Under the pieces are notes generated by a model. It saw only the letters and a list, made by a program, of their open reading frames with translations. It searched no databases and had not been told where the DNA came from. Below, piece after piece: positions 1-11,857 of a DNA stretch of 64,000 bases; the stretch's first letter is position 1, and the number at the start of each line of letters is the position of its first letter. Both the position numbers and the translations under genes were made by a program. Source of the DNA: Podarcis pityusensis (Eukaryota); NCBI GenBank assembly GCA_964106645.2, contig OZ067041.1; one strand, 5' to 3'.

Positions 1-3000
1 TCAAGTTTTGTTGGATGAAAGGTGCCAGGTCTCCCTCGCCCACCTCTGTCATCACGTCCAGATCCTCCTCTGGATCCAAACACACCACGATCACGATCGT
101 AGCCATTCATCCGGCTGTCACGATCATATCCATTCATATAGCCATTACCTCCACGAGAGTCCCAGCTGGGGGAATCTTTGGCAGAGAATAAAAAGTTACA
201 AAATTAAAGGGTAAAATGCGCTAGCAAGTTCTTGCAAGCTCCACAGCATCAGTGCGACTTTTGCTGCCAGAAATTTACATGAAAGGCTCCTTTCTGGGAA
301 AAGCAGAGTAGTGTTGGGCCTAAATTCTTGATTAGAAATGCAAGCCTTCGCCTGACATGGATGCTGCATTGTGAACCACTTTACAAAGCTGCAAACCAGG
401 TTTTATAGAAAGTTGTGTATTTAGTTGAGCCAAGAGATTTTTTTTAAAAAAAGAAACTAATGCAGTGATTCGTATGTGTATTAGTTTTGTGCATCAATAC
501 TTGCTGCCATGCTGAAAACAGAAGCATGTCCTAAAGAAAGCTAGTCAAACCGAATGAAGCAAGATTCAAGATCCTGTGCTAAACTTGGCAAATATATATT
601 TTATTATGAATGGAATGACGACAGACCAGTCAACGATGAGTGTTGTATGTATTATTTTGATTACAAATCCTGCTTCCTAGTAAGAGCAGATTGCAGTATA
701 AAGTTCATAAAATGATGTTTGAGTCTAAGCCAGTTTACTGATGCAAATGAACCTTGGTGAGCCTTGGGCTCACACACTTTCCTTGACACGCTAACAAGGA
801 GTTCTGAAGGCTTCAACTTATATTTGTGCTTGACCACAACTTGTTATGCCTGGGGTGGCCACTGTGGTACTCTGGAGGACATCCATTAGAATTTGTGCCA
901 TTGATATGTTTGTGATAGTGGGAAGACCAGATCTGCATTTTTTACTGTGCAGTCTTCACACTGCAATCTTTATTCTCATGGTCATTTTTTGGGTATCTGT
1001 TTTTTTCTACTGGATCCAATGTTTACTCAAGTCAAAATGTGTGCTTTCTGTCTGCAGGGGGAGATGGAAAGAGATGAGAAAGAAGCAACCAGTGGTGGTG
1101 ACGCCCACAGAACTCTCGTCATTCCAAATGTGCCCAATAGCCCAAAAAGATTGGTATCAATGCTAGATGTCCAAACTGACAAATTGGTGAATATTAACTA
1201 CAGAACCATTTGCAACAAGCCAAGTTGAAACCAGAATTAGCATTAACAGGCTTGTCAATTTGGACATAAACTGCACTTAACAGAAAAGAAGTCTTAACTC
1301 CTGTTGATGGCTGCACACCAAAGGAAGCACGAGAAGGAAGTGTACGAGTCCAAGGCTTGCTTGCATCACACTTAACTGTGATTTAGCATGATATCCAAAC
1401 TATCCCACTGTTACCTTAGGGGGTTGTATTGATTCTTCAATTCCTAGATGATGCTAACTACTTAAGCCCTAGTAAAAAGATTGTTCACTACAAGGTTTCT
1501 GTTCACTACAAGATCCTTCCACCGAGACACGTTTGGTACTTCCAAGATGCTGAATTTATTTGTCTGACTAGCAGAGCAATTGAACCTCTGTCCAGGCAGC
1601 TGCAGGGTTTAGCAGAGCCACTGCCACACCCACAGCACTGTCACTCACACTGGTCAGCTTGGAAGGCAAGAGCAGAGTTGTTGTAGCTACCAGGACCAAT
1701 GCAATTAATTGACAACAGTGGGGTCAGCTCAGGATCCAGCAGATCCCAGGCCAGCTGAATTACCCTGATCCCTCCCCAGTTGGGGACTTTTTATGAGCTG
1801 GTGGAGTGAAGCTTGCTGACAGTACTCCTACCAGTGAACATTTACAGTGGGTGAATAGGGAATCTGCACCGCCAGAGCAGATTGATCTGGACTCACAAGA
1901 GAGAGCCCCCTGCCACCACAGTAGATTAGGGAGTTGGACAGCACCCTAACATTTATACTTTCTGTATTTAACAATTTACTGTACATGTATTTCAGTTTTT
2001 TAAGAAGTTCTAGAAAAATTGTTTGTTCACCACTGTTAAAAAGATTTTACATCTCTAGATTAGATGAAGTAGGATTCTGCTCCATCTAATTGTTATTCTT
2101 TAACATTCCAAAAACCTGAAGTTTGTGTTAGATTTCAAAATGCCAAGTTCTACTAAGTTACTTAGAACAAGCTATTCTAAATACTTCAAATACTTATCCA
2201 ACCTATAAGCAACCAAAATGCAAAAGAACTGAAAAAAGCAACATGACATCTGTTGGAATAATAGTTTTCAAAGATGTAGTACATTAGGCTAATATGTAAA
2301 CTTATATAAGTTCTGTGAACCTGCTTAAAGAACCTGTCCAAGGACTATGGGGAGAAGTTCATAGATTTTTTTAATTGGGAAATTCTTTAAATTGGATTAA
2401 GCACACAACCCCTCCATTAATTAAGGAAAATAAATTATTGGTATTTAAGTTCAGAGTATATTGTGTTATTTCCTTCCATATTTAAAAAGATTTTATTAGG
2501 TGTCTAAAATTCTACATCCAAACAGAATGGTTATTAATGGCTACTAGTTACAGTAGCTATTTACTACCTCCAAGTACTGTATCAAGAGGAAGGAACTAGA
2601 ATTGGTGCGCTAAGCTTCTGCTTGTTGGCTTCGCATAGGCATTAGGTTGGCCAATGTGAGAGCAGGATGCTGGACTAGATAGGCCTTTGCACCGATCCAG
2701 AAGGGCTCTTCTTATACCTTATTCACACCAGACAGCACTGCACACTATTCAGCTTCAACATGTAACTAAATAAACTGTGGGGCATGGTAAACTTGCTAGA
2801 AAATTAGCACTAAAAAGGCTTGGTAACTTTCAAGTGTCTTGTGGGCCAGCTACTTTTATGCCTTGTTTAATAAATCAGAAGATCCAAAAAACACAATTCC
2901 AGCACTTGCCAGACCTGAGTATTAGGATTGTTGTAGGTTTAAATTTTATAAGGTGCAGAATTGGAAACCTTTCCTTGTCTTTTTCAGTCTATCCATTAGA

Positions 3001-6000
3001 AGCGACAAAAGCTTGCTCAGGTACAAAGTGCAACTGAAGTTGTTGTTTTCTTAATGTGTAGTTTTCCATCAACACAGTAAGCCAGGAGATTAAGCCCGCA
3101 ATTTATGCAGAATTTACGTTCCAGGGATTGCATCTAAAGCCAAATTCAAAACACATTGGGTTCAATAGCGGGTGGGATTGCCAAACAAATGTTTTCTTGA
3201 ACCCTGCTCCCTTTTTATTTTTTGCCACGCATGTAAAGCTGAATGCATACTAGCTAACTGTGTGTTAAGTTGTGGGTTTACTGTATTCAAATTAACCCTA
3301 AAAAAGTTAAAGTTGCAGGCAAAGGAAACATGCCTGACAATGAGCGTAAAGGAACAAATGCTCACACAGTTAGTCGACTGCAAGTTATGACTATGCAATA
3401 TGCTTAGAGGCATGCTCTCAAATGACAAATTTTTAAGACCACTCCATCCTGACACCAACTTACAGCTTCTTGGTGGCATCGAATTGGAATAGTAGTTTGC
3501 CGCATAGTTATAGGCATTACCTGCTGCAAAAGAGCCATAAAACTCCCAGCATTATAATTCACTCCAGTTCAAATGCATAAAAAACTCAACATAATGGTAC
3601 AGTAGACTTTCTTCAACCTGGAAAAGATATTTTACTCAAGCAACATAAAAATATCTGTGTGAAGATGTCAACTTTCCAGACTTCCACATTCACAATCACT
3701 CACCAGCTCACCTTTGGCGATGAGAGGGAAAGGGAACAAGAGCACTCTCTTGCCTCCTGGTGGCCAGGATAGGGGAACCCCGTCCTGCTGCCAAAGCACA
3801 TGTACAGAGGGCTTAGGAATGGCAGGAGCCAGCCTCTCACCAGGTCAAGACACCCTGAGAAGCCAAGATAAACTCTCAACAGCTCCAAACAGTCCAACAC
3901 AAGGAGTCCTTTCCCTCAAGAAAAGGGCAATGCATCTGATTCAACAGGTATTGTGCTACGTCACTCAATAATTTATACAGCTGCTTTTAAGGGTTGCGTC
4001 CTAGTCCTACTCATAGTAGACCCATTGAAATAAACAAACATGGCTAAATTAGGTCCATTAATTTCTATGGATCTACTGAGAGAAACTCAGAATGAACCAC
4101 ATGTGTACAAGAGAGAATAAGCTTTCCCCTGGAAAAGGTTCATTCTATCCTCTTGTGTTGGATAGTCCTTGGAAGCAGCAGGAATCACTCTTCAATGTTT
4201 CTAAGCATGTCCTTGTGAGGCAACAACTTCCAAATGCGCACAGTCACCTGTATCAGTCTGTTGCAAAAATAAAGGAACTTGTGACATACTTGACCAATTG
4301 TGATAAGAGCTTCTGTGGATTTATGATACAACTCTATTGGTCTTTACAGTATCCATACCTACACGAGGAGAGAAGGGGTAAGGACAACTACAAATAGATG
4401 GATATCAATGCCATTCAGTATTTGTTAGCCCCAATACAACTGAGTTTTCTTGCAAAGAGCTGTTAGTTTCTAATAGAAATTAGAATCTGTGAATTTGAAC
4501 AAGCTTCATATTATGCCCCTTGTTCTGCCACTATTCACAACTTCTATCAGTTGAGCAACGAAGAGGGCAGAGTCAAGTTGTCCTGACAATAAGCACCCTA
4601 TACCTAAACTTTCCTATCTAGTAGTTAGAATACTAGCAAAAGTAGTATCTGTACATTATTTCCCTGCTCCCAAATTCAGTAGCACTTCCAGACCGCTTTG
4701 CTGAACTGTGCAGAGATCATGGTTCAATAAAGGACACAATATTCAATCTGCAGATATTTAGAGTAGGCTTGGAAACCTGCATCCCAGAAGATGCTGGACT
4801 TGCAACTTCTATCCCCTTCAGCCAAGCATGGCCAGAGTTGTAGACCAGTCAATATATGGAAGGCCATAGGTTCTCCACACCTATTTTAAAAGACTTCTGG
4901 CAGCAAAGTAGGGAGAGACCTCTTAACTTTGAGAGCTACTTACCAACGAACCGATTTATAGTCACAGTAAATTAGTTTCTCCATGCAGATTTAAGCTAAA
5001 ATACTGAAAGATCACAATTGCAAGTAAAAAGTATTCTAGAGAACTCTTGGTGCCTCCCTGCCAGTCCACAAGCAACGTAATTTTTGCAGAGGCATCTGAG
5101 GCAAGACAAGGTGTCACAGGTTGGGAGAGGGATGAGACCTGATGGTCTCCAGCACTTCAATCCTATTTGAATTAAGCCACATGGAGTAAAACACTAACTT
5201 ACTCCCAGGTAAATGAGTACTGGATTGCAGCCCAAGTTTAGTTGTTGATCAGACACTACTAAGGCAGCATATTCCCCTATAGCATTGGAGAGTTGAATTT
5301 TTAGAGTACCACGATGCAATTTAGCAGGAGATTAAGAGCTTAATCAACCAACAGCTTAAAGCTCAAGAATCCTTGGACAAAGCTCTGTGTTCAAACTTCC
5401 CCATAAACAGGATTGATGGTTACAGGCTACACATAGGGTTTTTCAGGGCATGGTATAGCCACCAACTTATTAGAATGGATTGTACCAAACTATGAAAACA
5501 AAAAAATGTCAATGAGCTGATCGTAAGACTTCCATTAGTAGAATGTGGAGGATTTTCACCAGTACTCCATCAGCTCTACATTCCACCACATCCTTTCTAG
5601 ATCTCCATAGGGTTAAGGAAACTTCCACAGCAGATTTAGAAGGGTATACAGGAACTGCTGAAAACTGCTTCCAGTGTCAATCAAGATGATAGTACGGGTA
5701 TACAGTCACGATTTATTTTACATTTTCATAATGTGTGTGGGCCACTCCCTTACAAATTCTTTATTGACACAGACTCTGATAATGGGGTGGATATTTCAAT
5801 ACAGGAATCACTGCCTGACTTCATGATTACTATAACTTTCAAAATGAGCAAACCATTCTCTTATTCTGCTTGGATGCAAGCACTACATTTTACAACAGAT
5901 TGCACTGTTACTTAAGTAGCTTTATTACTCAAGCCAAATATACAGCTCATCAATCAGCAGCTTATTTTGGCTTGCCTAGCTAACTACATTGAGCCCAAAT

Positions 6001-9000
6001 ATTTCCCGTACCCACTGTAGAATGAAGGAATCTAATTTTTGCCACAGACTTAATAAGGTGTTACTTAAATGTGCACTCTTAATACCTTTCCCTACCTTCA
6101 AAAGCCTAGGTACTCAGATGTCCAACCCCTTGTACCAAATCTCCCTGAATCTGAGCACCCAACACTTTGAGATTCTTGCAGTTCAATTCAGTTGTAACCC
6201 TATTTTTTTAACCCTGATGCTCCATATATTCAAGTACCAACGAACATACCCTGCTTTGAAGCTTCTCTATTCCGTAAGTGAGGAGGAATGTACCGGCCTT
6301 CTGAAAGTTGGAAAAAAAAGTTTCAAATTAAAACTCTGTACAGCAAAGTCTGTTGCTCTTTTATTGCCAAGATTGTTAATACCTTATGTTGTTTATTCAT
6401 TAAACTTAGTCATTTTTGCTATAGCAACTATAAATAACTTACAGTATTTTAAGCAAAAAACCAAACCAACATGCACATTAAGAAGTGTTTAAGTACTTCA
6501 TGCTTAAGCATATAGTCTAAACATATAGCACCCGTTCCCAAGTATTTTCATTGTTATAAATATGCAAAAAACTAAATGGTGGCAACACGAGAACGAGCTT
6601 TTTGGATGATGGTTCCCCATTTGGGGAATACTGTCCCCTAGGGACACCTAAATATATGTAATAAAGGTGCCAAATGAAAACTGCTCTTCATGCAGGCATT
6701 TGGCTAATTAACATTCTATGGATTTCCAAATGTGTTTGTGGGAAGTGGGTTATTGGTTTGTTTTGCTTTGTAATGTATTTTGTATTTTCAGATTATATAC
6801 AAATTTAATAAATAGTAACAATAACTGGAACGTGCTGCCGCCTCACTATAGGAAATACGTACATACCCTGTTTTAGCAGATGAAACAATTTATGCACTCT
6901 TGAGTAACACAATCACTAAATCCCTTTTGTTGATACAATGCTCATACTATTATGCACCGAAACTGTATGCAACTTGCAGTCTATTCCTTCAAGGTCTGCA
7001 GTTAATTAACTGATTAAGCAGACATCCATTTAAGGTTCTTAACATTCATTTTAAAGGCAAGTTTCTAGCATGGTAATACGTAATGTATAACAGATTTACG
7101 TATAACTGATTTACATAGAATACCAATGAGATTTAGTAGTCTACAATTACAGTACTTGCAGGATGCCATAGATCTGCTCTTTCAAGCATCAAAATCTGCC
7201 ATTTTTCTACTATTGCACTGGACCAACATGCCATCAAATATTCTCTACTAGCTGCAGTAAGATGCTTTAATTCTGAATTATATACTTACTGCTTGCTGTA
7301 CCTCCTCCACTCTGATCGTCTGAAGAATTCAAGTCTAGACCAGCAAACTTTTTAAAAAAGGAAGAAAATAGTCATTCAACCTGATTAATTGAAAATACTT
7401 CAAGTAGTAAAGAATTTCTAATCTCATCTCACATTGTAAATTAGCAGGCTCTCTGCCTTAGACACCAGAATAGCTTTGATATTGCTGTTGTAAATTTAAT
7501 GTCAATTTAAACCATACCTCCTTAAAACGTACTTTGGTTTTACTTAAAGCATGTGACATTATGGACAAAGGCCTCAATTTAGTGCTGTCTTCCAATATGC
7601 TTAATATTTGCATTCAAAAATACAGTAGACTACAACCCAAATTCCCCTTTCCTCAAACGTAACTACTTGTGCCAATGCTTTTAAAAATAAAATGGAACTT
7701 AAGCTTACACTGTATACCTTAGCCTTCCTGTAGTTTTACTGAAGCTGTCAAGAAAAAAGGGCCTAAGCCTTAGGATTGTCCAAGCGGTATATACAACCAA
7801 GGTAAAAAATACCGCTGCTGAATATTTTCATGTACTCATGAAAATGAGTTTTGTTTGCGGAAGGGGGGGTTAATAAGAAAATCCATTTATATCTAAGAAT
7901 CCCCTTTTTCAACTTAAGATGGATGCACATCATCTCGCGCGGCCTTCAGACAGAGCCATTAGCAGTTGTACAAGGCAGGCTCGCTCGGCTGGGTGGGCCT
8001 CCCTCCTCCCCGCCCCACAAGCGGGCCTGGCGAAGACGGAGCGCCGCCCCCCCCCCGCCGGGGTTTACTGCCGGAGCGACACAAGCAGCGGCGCTCGGCT
8101 TTCACTGGCGGCCGCTAATCCGGCCGCGTCACGTGGCTCATTCCTCTTTCCCCTTCCCGGCCGGCTTCGTGACCTACTTCGGGAGCCGGCTCTAGCGCAG
8201 CGCCACCCCGCCCCGAACCGGGCAGAGGGAAGGCGCAACTTCATTTTAAACAGGCTTCCGAGAAGCCAAGACGAGAGGAAGACACGGCCTTAGGCCTGTC
8301 CTCCCCCCCCCACCTCGTGGGCCTCGAGGACAAAGGAGTCGGGGGCGCGCGCGCGCGCGCGTGAGGGAGAGCGGGAGGAGCAGCAGCAGCACCAGAGCCA
8401 TTGTGGCTCCCACTCCCCCCTCCTCCTCCCCTTCCCCAGACAGAGGGAGCCGCGCACGCGCCTCCGAGCAGCCTCTTTCTCTCCCCCCTCCTCGCTTCGT
8501 CACACGCACAATGGCCGCCGTTGTCCCCCACCCGCTGCAGTTCCCTGCCGCCGCCGCTAGGGGGCCCGGCAGATGTAAGCATTCGCCAGCGACGCACAAA
8601 GCCCCCACAGCAGGCCTCAAAGGGCCCGGCGACGCTTCACCCGAGCTACCCTCCGCTCTCCGCCGCGCCGCTCCCTTCCCTCGTTCGCGGGGGCTCCGCT
8701 CGCCTCGCTCGGCTCCCTTTCCCGAGGGAGGCTCGGGGCTTCGCGGAGGCGCCAATGGGGCGAACCCCACAAAAGGAACTGCGTCACAGTCAAATGCGCC
8801 ACCAGGAGAGCGGCGTGAGGAGGATGCGGGGGGGGCGAGAATAAAAGGAGTAAAGGGGCGAACTAGGATCGATTCAATGAGTCCGGAGGGCCCCCGAAAA
8901 CAGGCCGGGGAGCGGGGGGGGGATACGCCTCGGTCCCCCAGGCCCACCCGCCATCCCGCCCCCGTTTACCTGCTGATCTAGACCGAGGGCATTTTCCACT

Positions 9001-9014
9001 GCCACATGACTCAT
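1..9014 (-). CDS. DDX3X: DEAD-box RNA helicase DDX3X, 5' part (partial; continues beyond window start). Coding exons 8970-9014, 7290-7347, 6250-6300, 3464-3523 (probable cassette), 44-175
   Basis: Spliced translation MSHVAVENALGLDQQ|FAGLDLNSSDDQSGGGTAS|KGRYIPPHLRNREASKQ... is the DDX3 N-terminus (NES, eIF4E-binding YIPPHLR). All junctions are GT-AG with consistent phase. Confidence 0.97.
44..175 (-). CDS. DDX3X: DDX3X RG/NGY-rich exon (SPSWDSRGGNGYMNGYDRDSRMNGYDRDRGVFGSRGGSGRDDR); may extend past 44 through an alternative donor
   Basis: TTTTTATTCTCTGCCAAAG acceptor, 132 nt, phase 1-1. Resembles the N-terminal insert recalled from Xenopus An3 and fish Pl10. Confidence 0.85.
2610..2715 (+). 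mobile_element. CR1 LINE 3' tail fragment
   Basis: GGATGCTGGACTAGATAGGCCTTTG...GATCCAGAAGGGCTCTTCTTAT; related tails at ~34960-35030 (+) and ~39590-39760 (-). Confidence 0.6.
3075..3283. mobile_element. Old Tc1/mariner (Tigger-like) MITE
   Basis: CAGTAA...TTACTG-TA ends; shares the core CAAAACACATTGGGTT..GGTGGGATTGCCAAA with the copy at 51863-52083. Confidence 0.65.
3464..3523 (-). CDS. DDX3X: DDX3X candidate 60-nt cassette exon (AGNAYNYAANYYSNSMPPRS)
   Basis: CTTTTGCAG|CAG tandem acceptor, donor GCT|GTAAGT, phase 1-1, open and in frame with the flanking exons. Confidence 0.7.
6250..6300 (-). CDS. DDX3X: DDX3X exon 3 (KGRYIPPHLRNREASKQ)
   Basis: TTTCAG acceptor, 51 nt, donor GTATGT, YIPPHLR motif. 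Confidence 0.96.
7290..7347 (-). CDS. DDX3X: DDX3X exon 2 (FAGLDLNSSDDQSGGGTAS)
   Basis: AAG acceptor, 58 nt, donor GTAAGT. Confidence 0.96.
8970..9014 (-). CDS. DDX3X: DDX3X exon 1, coding part (MSHVAVENALGLDQQ)
   Basis: ATG at 9014, 45 nt, donor CAG|GTAAAC. Confidence 0.97.
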
Positions 9015-9132
9015 AACGAGAGATCGTGTCGGGAGGTCCCGCTCCGCGTAGAGAAATTCGGATTCACTAGACGTAGAACTAGCCTGGGCCGCTGTCGCTT
9101 TCGCCACTACTTCGCCTCGGAATCGCGTCTCT

Positions 9133-9183
9133 AACTGAAACCCCCCCAGTTCGGCCCGGGCCTTTATATATTCCTCCGCCCCC
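9133..9183 (-). promoter_or_regulatory. DDX3X core promoter: GC box, TATA box (TATATAAAGG 9170-9161) and Inr (TCAGTT, A+1 about 9136)
   Basis: Minus strand reads GGGGCGGAGGAATATATAAAGG...TTTCAGTT. TATAAA starts 32 nt upstream of the Inr A. Confidence 0.7.
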
Positions 9184-9541
9184 TCGCAGCCGCCGTGCTG
9201 ACTTCAGCGCGCAAACCACGCCCCTTCTTCCTCCTCTCGATCCCCTCCCCCCACCTCTGCTTGCAGCAAAAGGTATCGCGGGGAGAACTCTCCGCTCCGC
9301 ATAAAGAGGTGGGGGGAGGGCGAAGAAATCCCAAGGCTACCGCGAGAACTAGGGAGGCTGCGGACTCCTCCCGATTCAGGAGGATCTAGGTGTTATCGCG
9401 AGGTTTCTTCACACAATGTTTACAGCGCTGCTCGCGCGAGATCTCTACCCCTCCCTTCCCGCCCTGGTTTGCCTTCCCCTCCCTCCCGTTTCGTTTCGTA
9501 AAGACTCTGGTGAGTCACCCCCCTCCTCGTTTTCTTCGAGA

Positions 9542-9551
9542 TCTCGCGAGA
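9542..9551. promoter_or_regulatory. TCTCGCGAGA palindrome (CGCG element, BANP-type motif)
   Basis: Exact match, with degenerate copies at 9274, 9338, 9394 and 9432. Confidence 0.7.
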
Positions 9552-11857
9552 TTTCTGTCCAAATGAAATAAGGCTCTGGGAACAGAGCGGTTCTCTCTAG
9601 GTCACGTGGGCATTTCCGCTCGGTCCTGCCGCCATCTTAGGCTGTATGCGGCTGCTGAAGTGGCGCAGCCTTCGGGTGGGGGTGGGGGTATAGTGTGAGG
9701 GGCCCAAAGTGGAAAGCCGAGGCCATCTATTTCCCGAGGATTGCGAGAAGCAGTACGAGAGTTGGCGGTAACGTCAGAGTGGCGTTGCGCGACTCGCTTC
9801 TGCCTTGTGTGTGACCTAGGAGGGGTCGCCTGGCAACCAGCAGCGCAGCCAGCAGCCCCTCCCGACGCCCTGTAACCCCTGAACAATAAGGAGGCGATGG
9901 CCTCCTGGCGGAGTTCCCCTTCTTGCGCCTTTCCCACCCCCTTCCCTCTGGCGCCTAATGCCGTTGCTTCGCTTGGTCACAAAAAACCCTCTGCAGATAA
10001 AGGATGCATAGCGATGACCTTGTCTGGGCCTCTCGCATCATTTGCCCACGGAAAATGCTGCCTTCCATTGCAAGGAGGAGTTTGGCCTCTGCCGTCTTAA
10101 GTGCGGGAGGCTTCTGACCCCAGAGGTCAAGGTCAAGGGCTGAGAGGCCGCCCAGTATTTTTAGCTCTTCAGGACGCTTCTCCAGAATGCCTGTCGCCTT
10201 GGACGCATTTTGACATAGGAGCAGATCTCATAGTAGCCTCCCCCCCCCAACTTCATCCTCTATTCACCTGAGGAAAAGCAATTTGACATTGTTGGCTTGC
10301 TTCAGTAGATTTTTGTATACTCAAAAAGTTTGTTTCTCCCCGTGCATACATGCTAACTTCACATTTGCACTATCTGACACAGTATGGTCTTAGGCACATT
10401 TATTTTAGTAAGTCCCATCAAAATAAAATAGTGCTGCAAGTGCCGCTTGTTCTGAGGCAAATGTGTGTATTCATATGAGTTGTGTATTAGATAGGACCAA
10501 TTTATTCCTTCAAGAGACAGAAAGTATCCTATCTTGCAGTGCTTGTAAATTCACTTGGCAATATATATTTACAACTCAAGTTGCAAAGCCCCTTTTTTGC
10601 TGAGGAAACTACAAAATAATTAAATTTCTCAACACTAAAAAAACTGGGTTTACCAGTATATGCATCATATGTGCATCAGGGCCACTTAGGTGAACTTTTC
10701 CACTCCTAGCATTAAGGGTGCAATTCTATATACACTTTACTGCAAGTTAAAGAAACAATTGTGGTTTGGTTTGGTTCATGGGTTATTCTAAAAGTGAATG
10801 TCTTGTGAAAGAGTTGCTAATTTCCTGTGATGCATCTCATGTAGTCTGAATGAACATTGTGGAATATTTGGAGGGGAGGAGGTATGCCACTCCATCCTGA
10901 GATTGCCCAAGCATCAGTTCATCCTCTTAAACCATAGAGCCCTGAGATGCAGGGAAATTAGCCTTCTGACAGTTATCCACTGGATGGAGGAAGAAAGGCG
11001 TGGATAAAGACAATAATAAAGGCTTTATTGCTGTTTTGGAGGACCAGAAGGAGCACTGTAAGTGGCTCAACAGCAGCAGCTGGTAAATGTCTATCTCTGC
11101 AGACACACATACAAAACCTACCGGCTGAACAAAGGAAGTAACAATGCTTGTATAACTAAGCATGGTGCTCTCCATGTTGTTTTAAAGCTGGCTTCTACAA
11201 AAGCTATAAATTATGCAAATTGATATGTGAATTCTGTGCATGTTTTCCTGAGAATAAGTCCATTGAACAAAGTAGGGCTTGCTTCTGAATCTACATGCAT
11301 ACAACTAACATTTGCTGGTCATGGAGAAGGACAAGAAATTATGCCCTAGGAGCACTGAAAACTTTATTTGGAAATTCTCTGGCTTCTGAGAGTTCATTAA
11401 GAACTGCAGTATACTTTCAAGCCCAACTAGAAACTTGCTTTTTTTTAAAAAAAGAGAGAAAGCTGAAATACCCAGGATACTGCCTTCTCTGTTCAGTATC
11501 ATGACCAGCATCCTTCCACAGTACTGTAGGATACACACAGCCTTTCTTAAAGTCCATGTTCCTAGGGTCACACACAAGCATGAAAAATGTAACATTGCCA
11601 GGATTCTGCTGTTTAGCTAAGCAGAAGTGTCTATTTTCATCTGTTATGGATGGTCCTTTGTATGTTAGCAAAGTGAGGCAAGGACAACAAATTCTCCCTG
11701 TTGTTTTCTGTCTGCTAGCAGGACCTGGAGCTAGTCCTCTGCCTGTGGATGACATCCAGTGCGTTTGCGTTTGTCCCTGCCTTCTAATTTGTTGACTCTA
11801 TTATACCAATTAAGTACTGACAGTTAGCTGCATATGTACCTTAAAAAAGAAACAGCT

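Larger units (their letters stand above)
7930..10150. promoter_or_regulatory. CpG island over the DDX3X promoter, exon 1 and the 5' part of intron 1
   Basis: Abrupt GC/CpG-rich block in AT-rich background; boundaries approximate. Confidence 0.9.

Noticed and set aside
7851-8981. Long overlapping ORFs (up to 233 aa) on both strands
   Set aside because: They lie in the GC-rich CpG island within DDX3X intron 1. They are low-complexity Arg/Pro/Gly/Ala translations expected from stop-codon scarcity.
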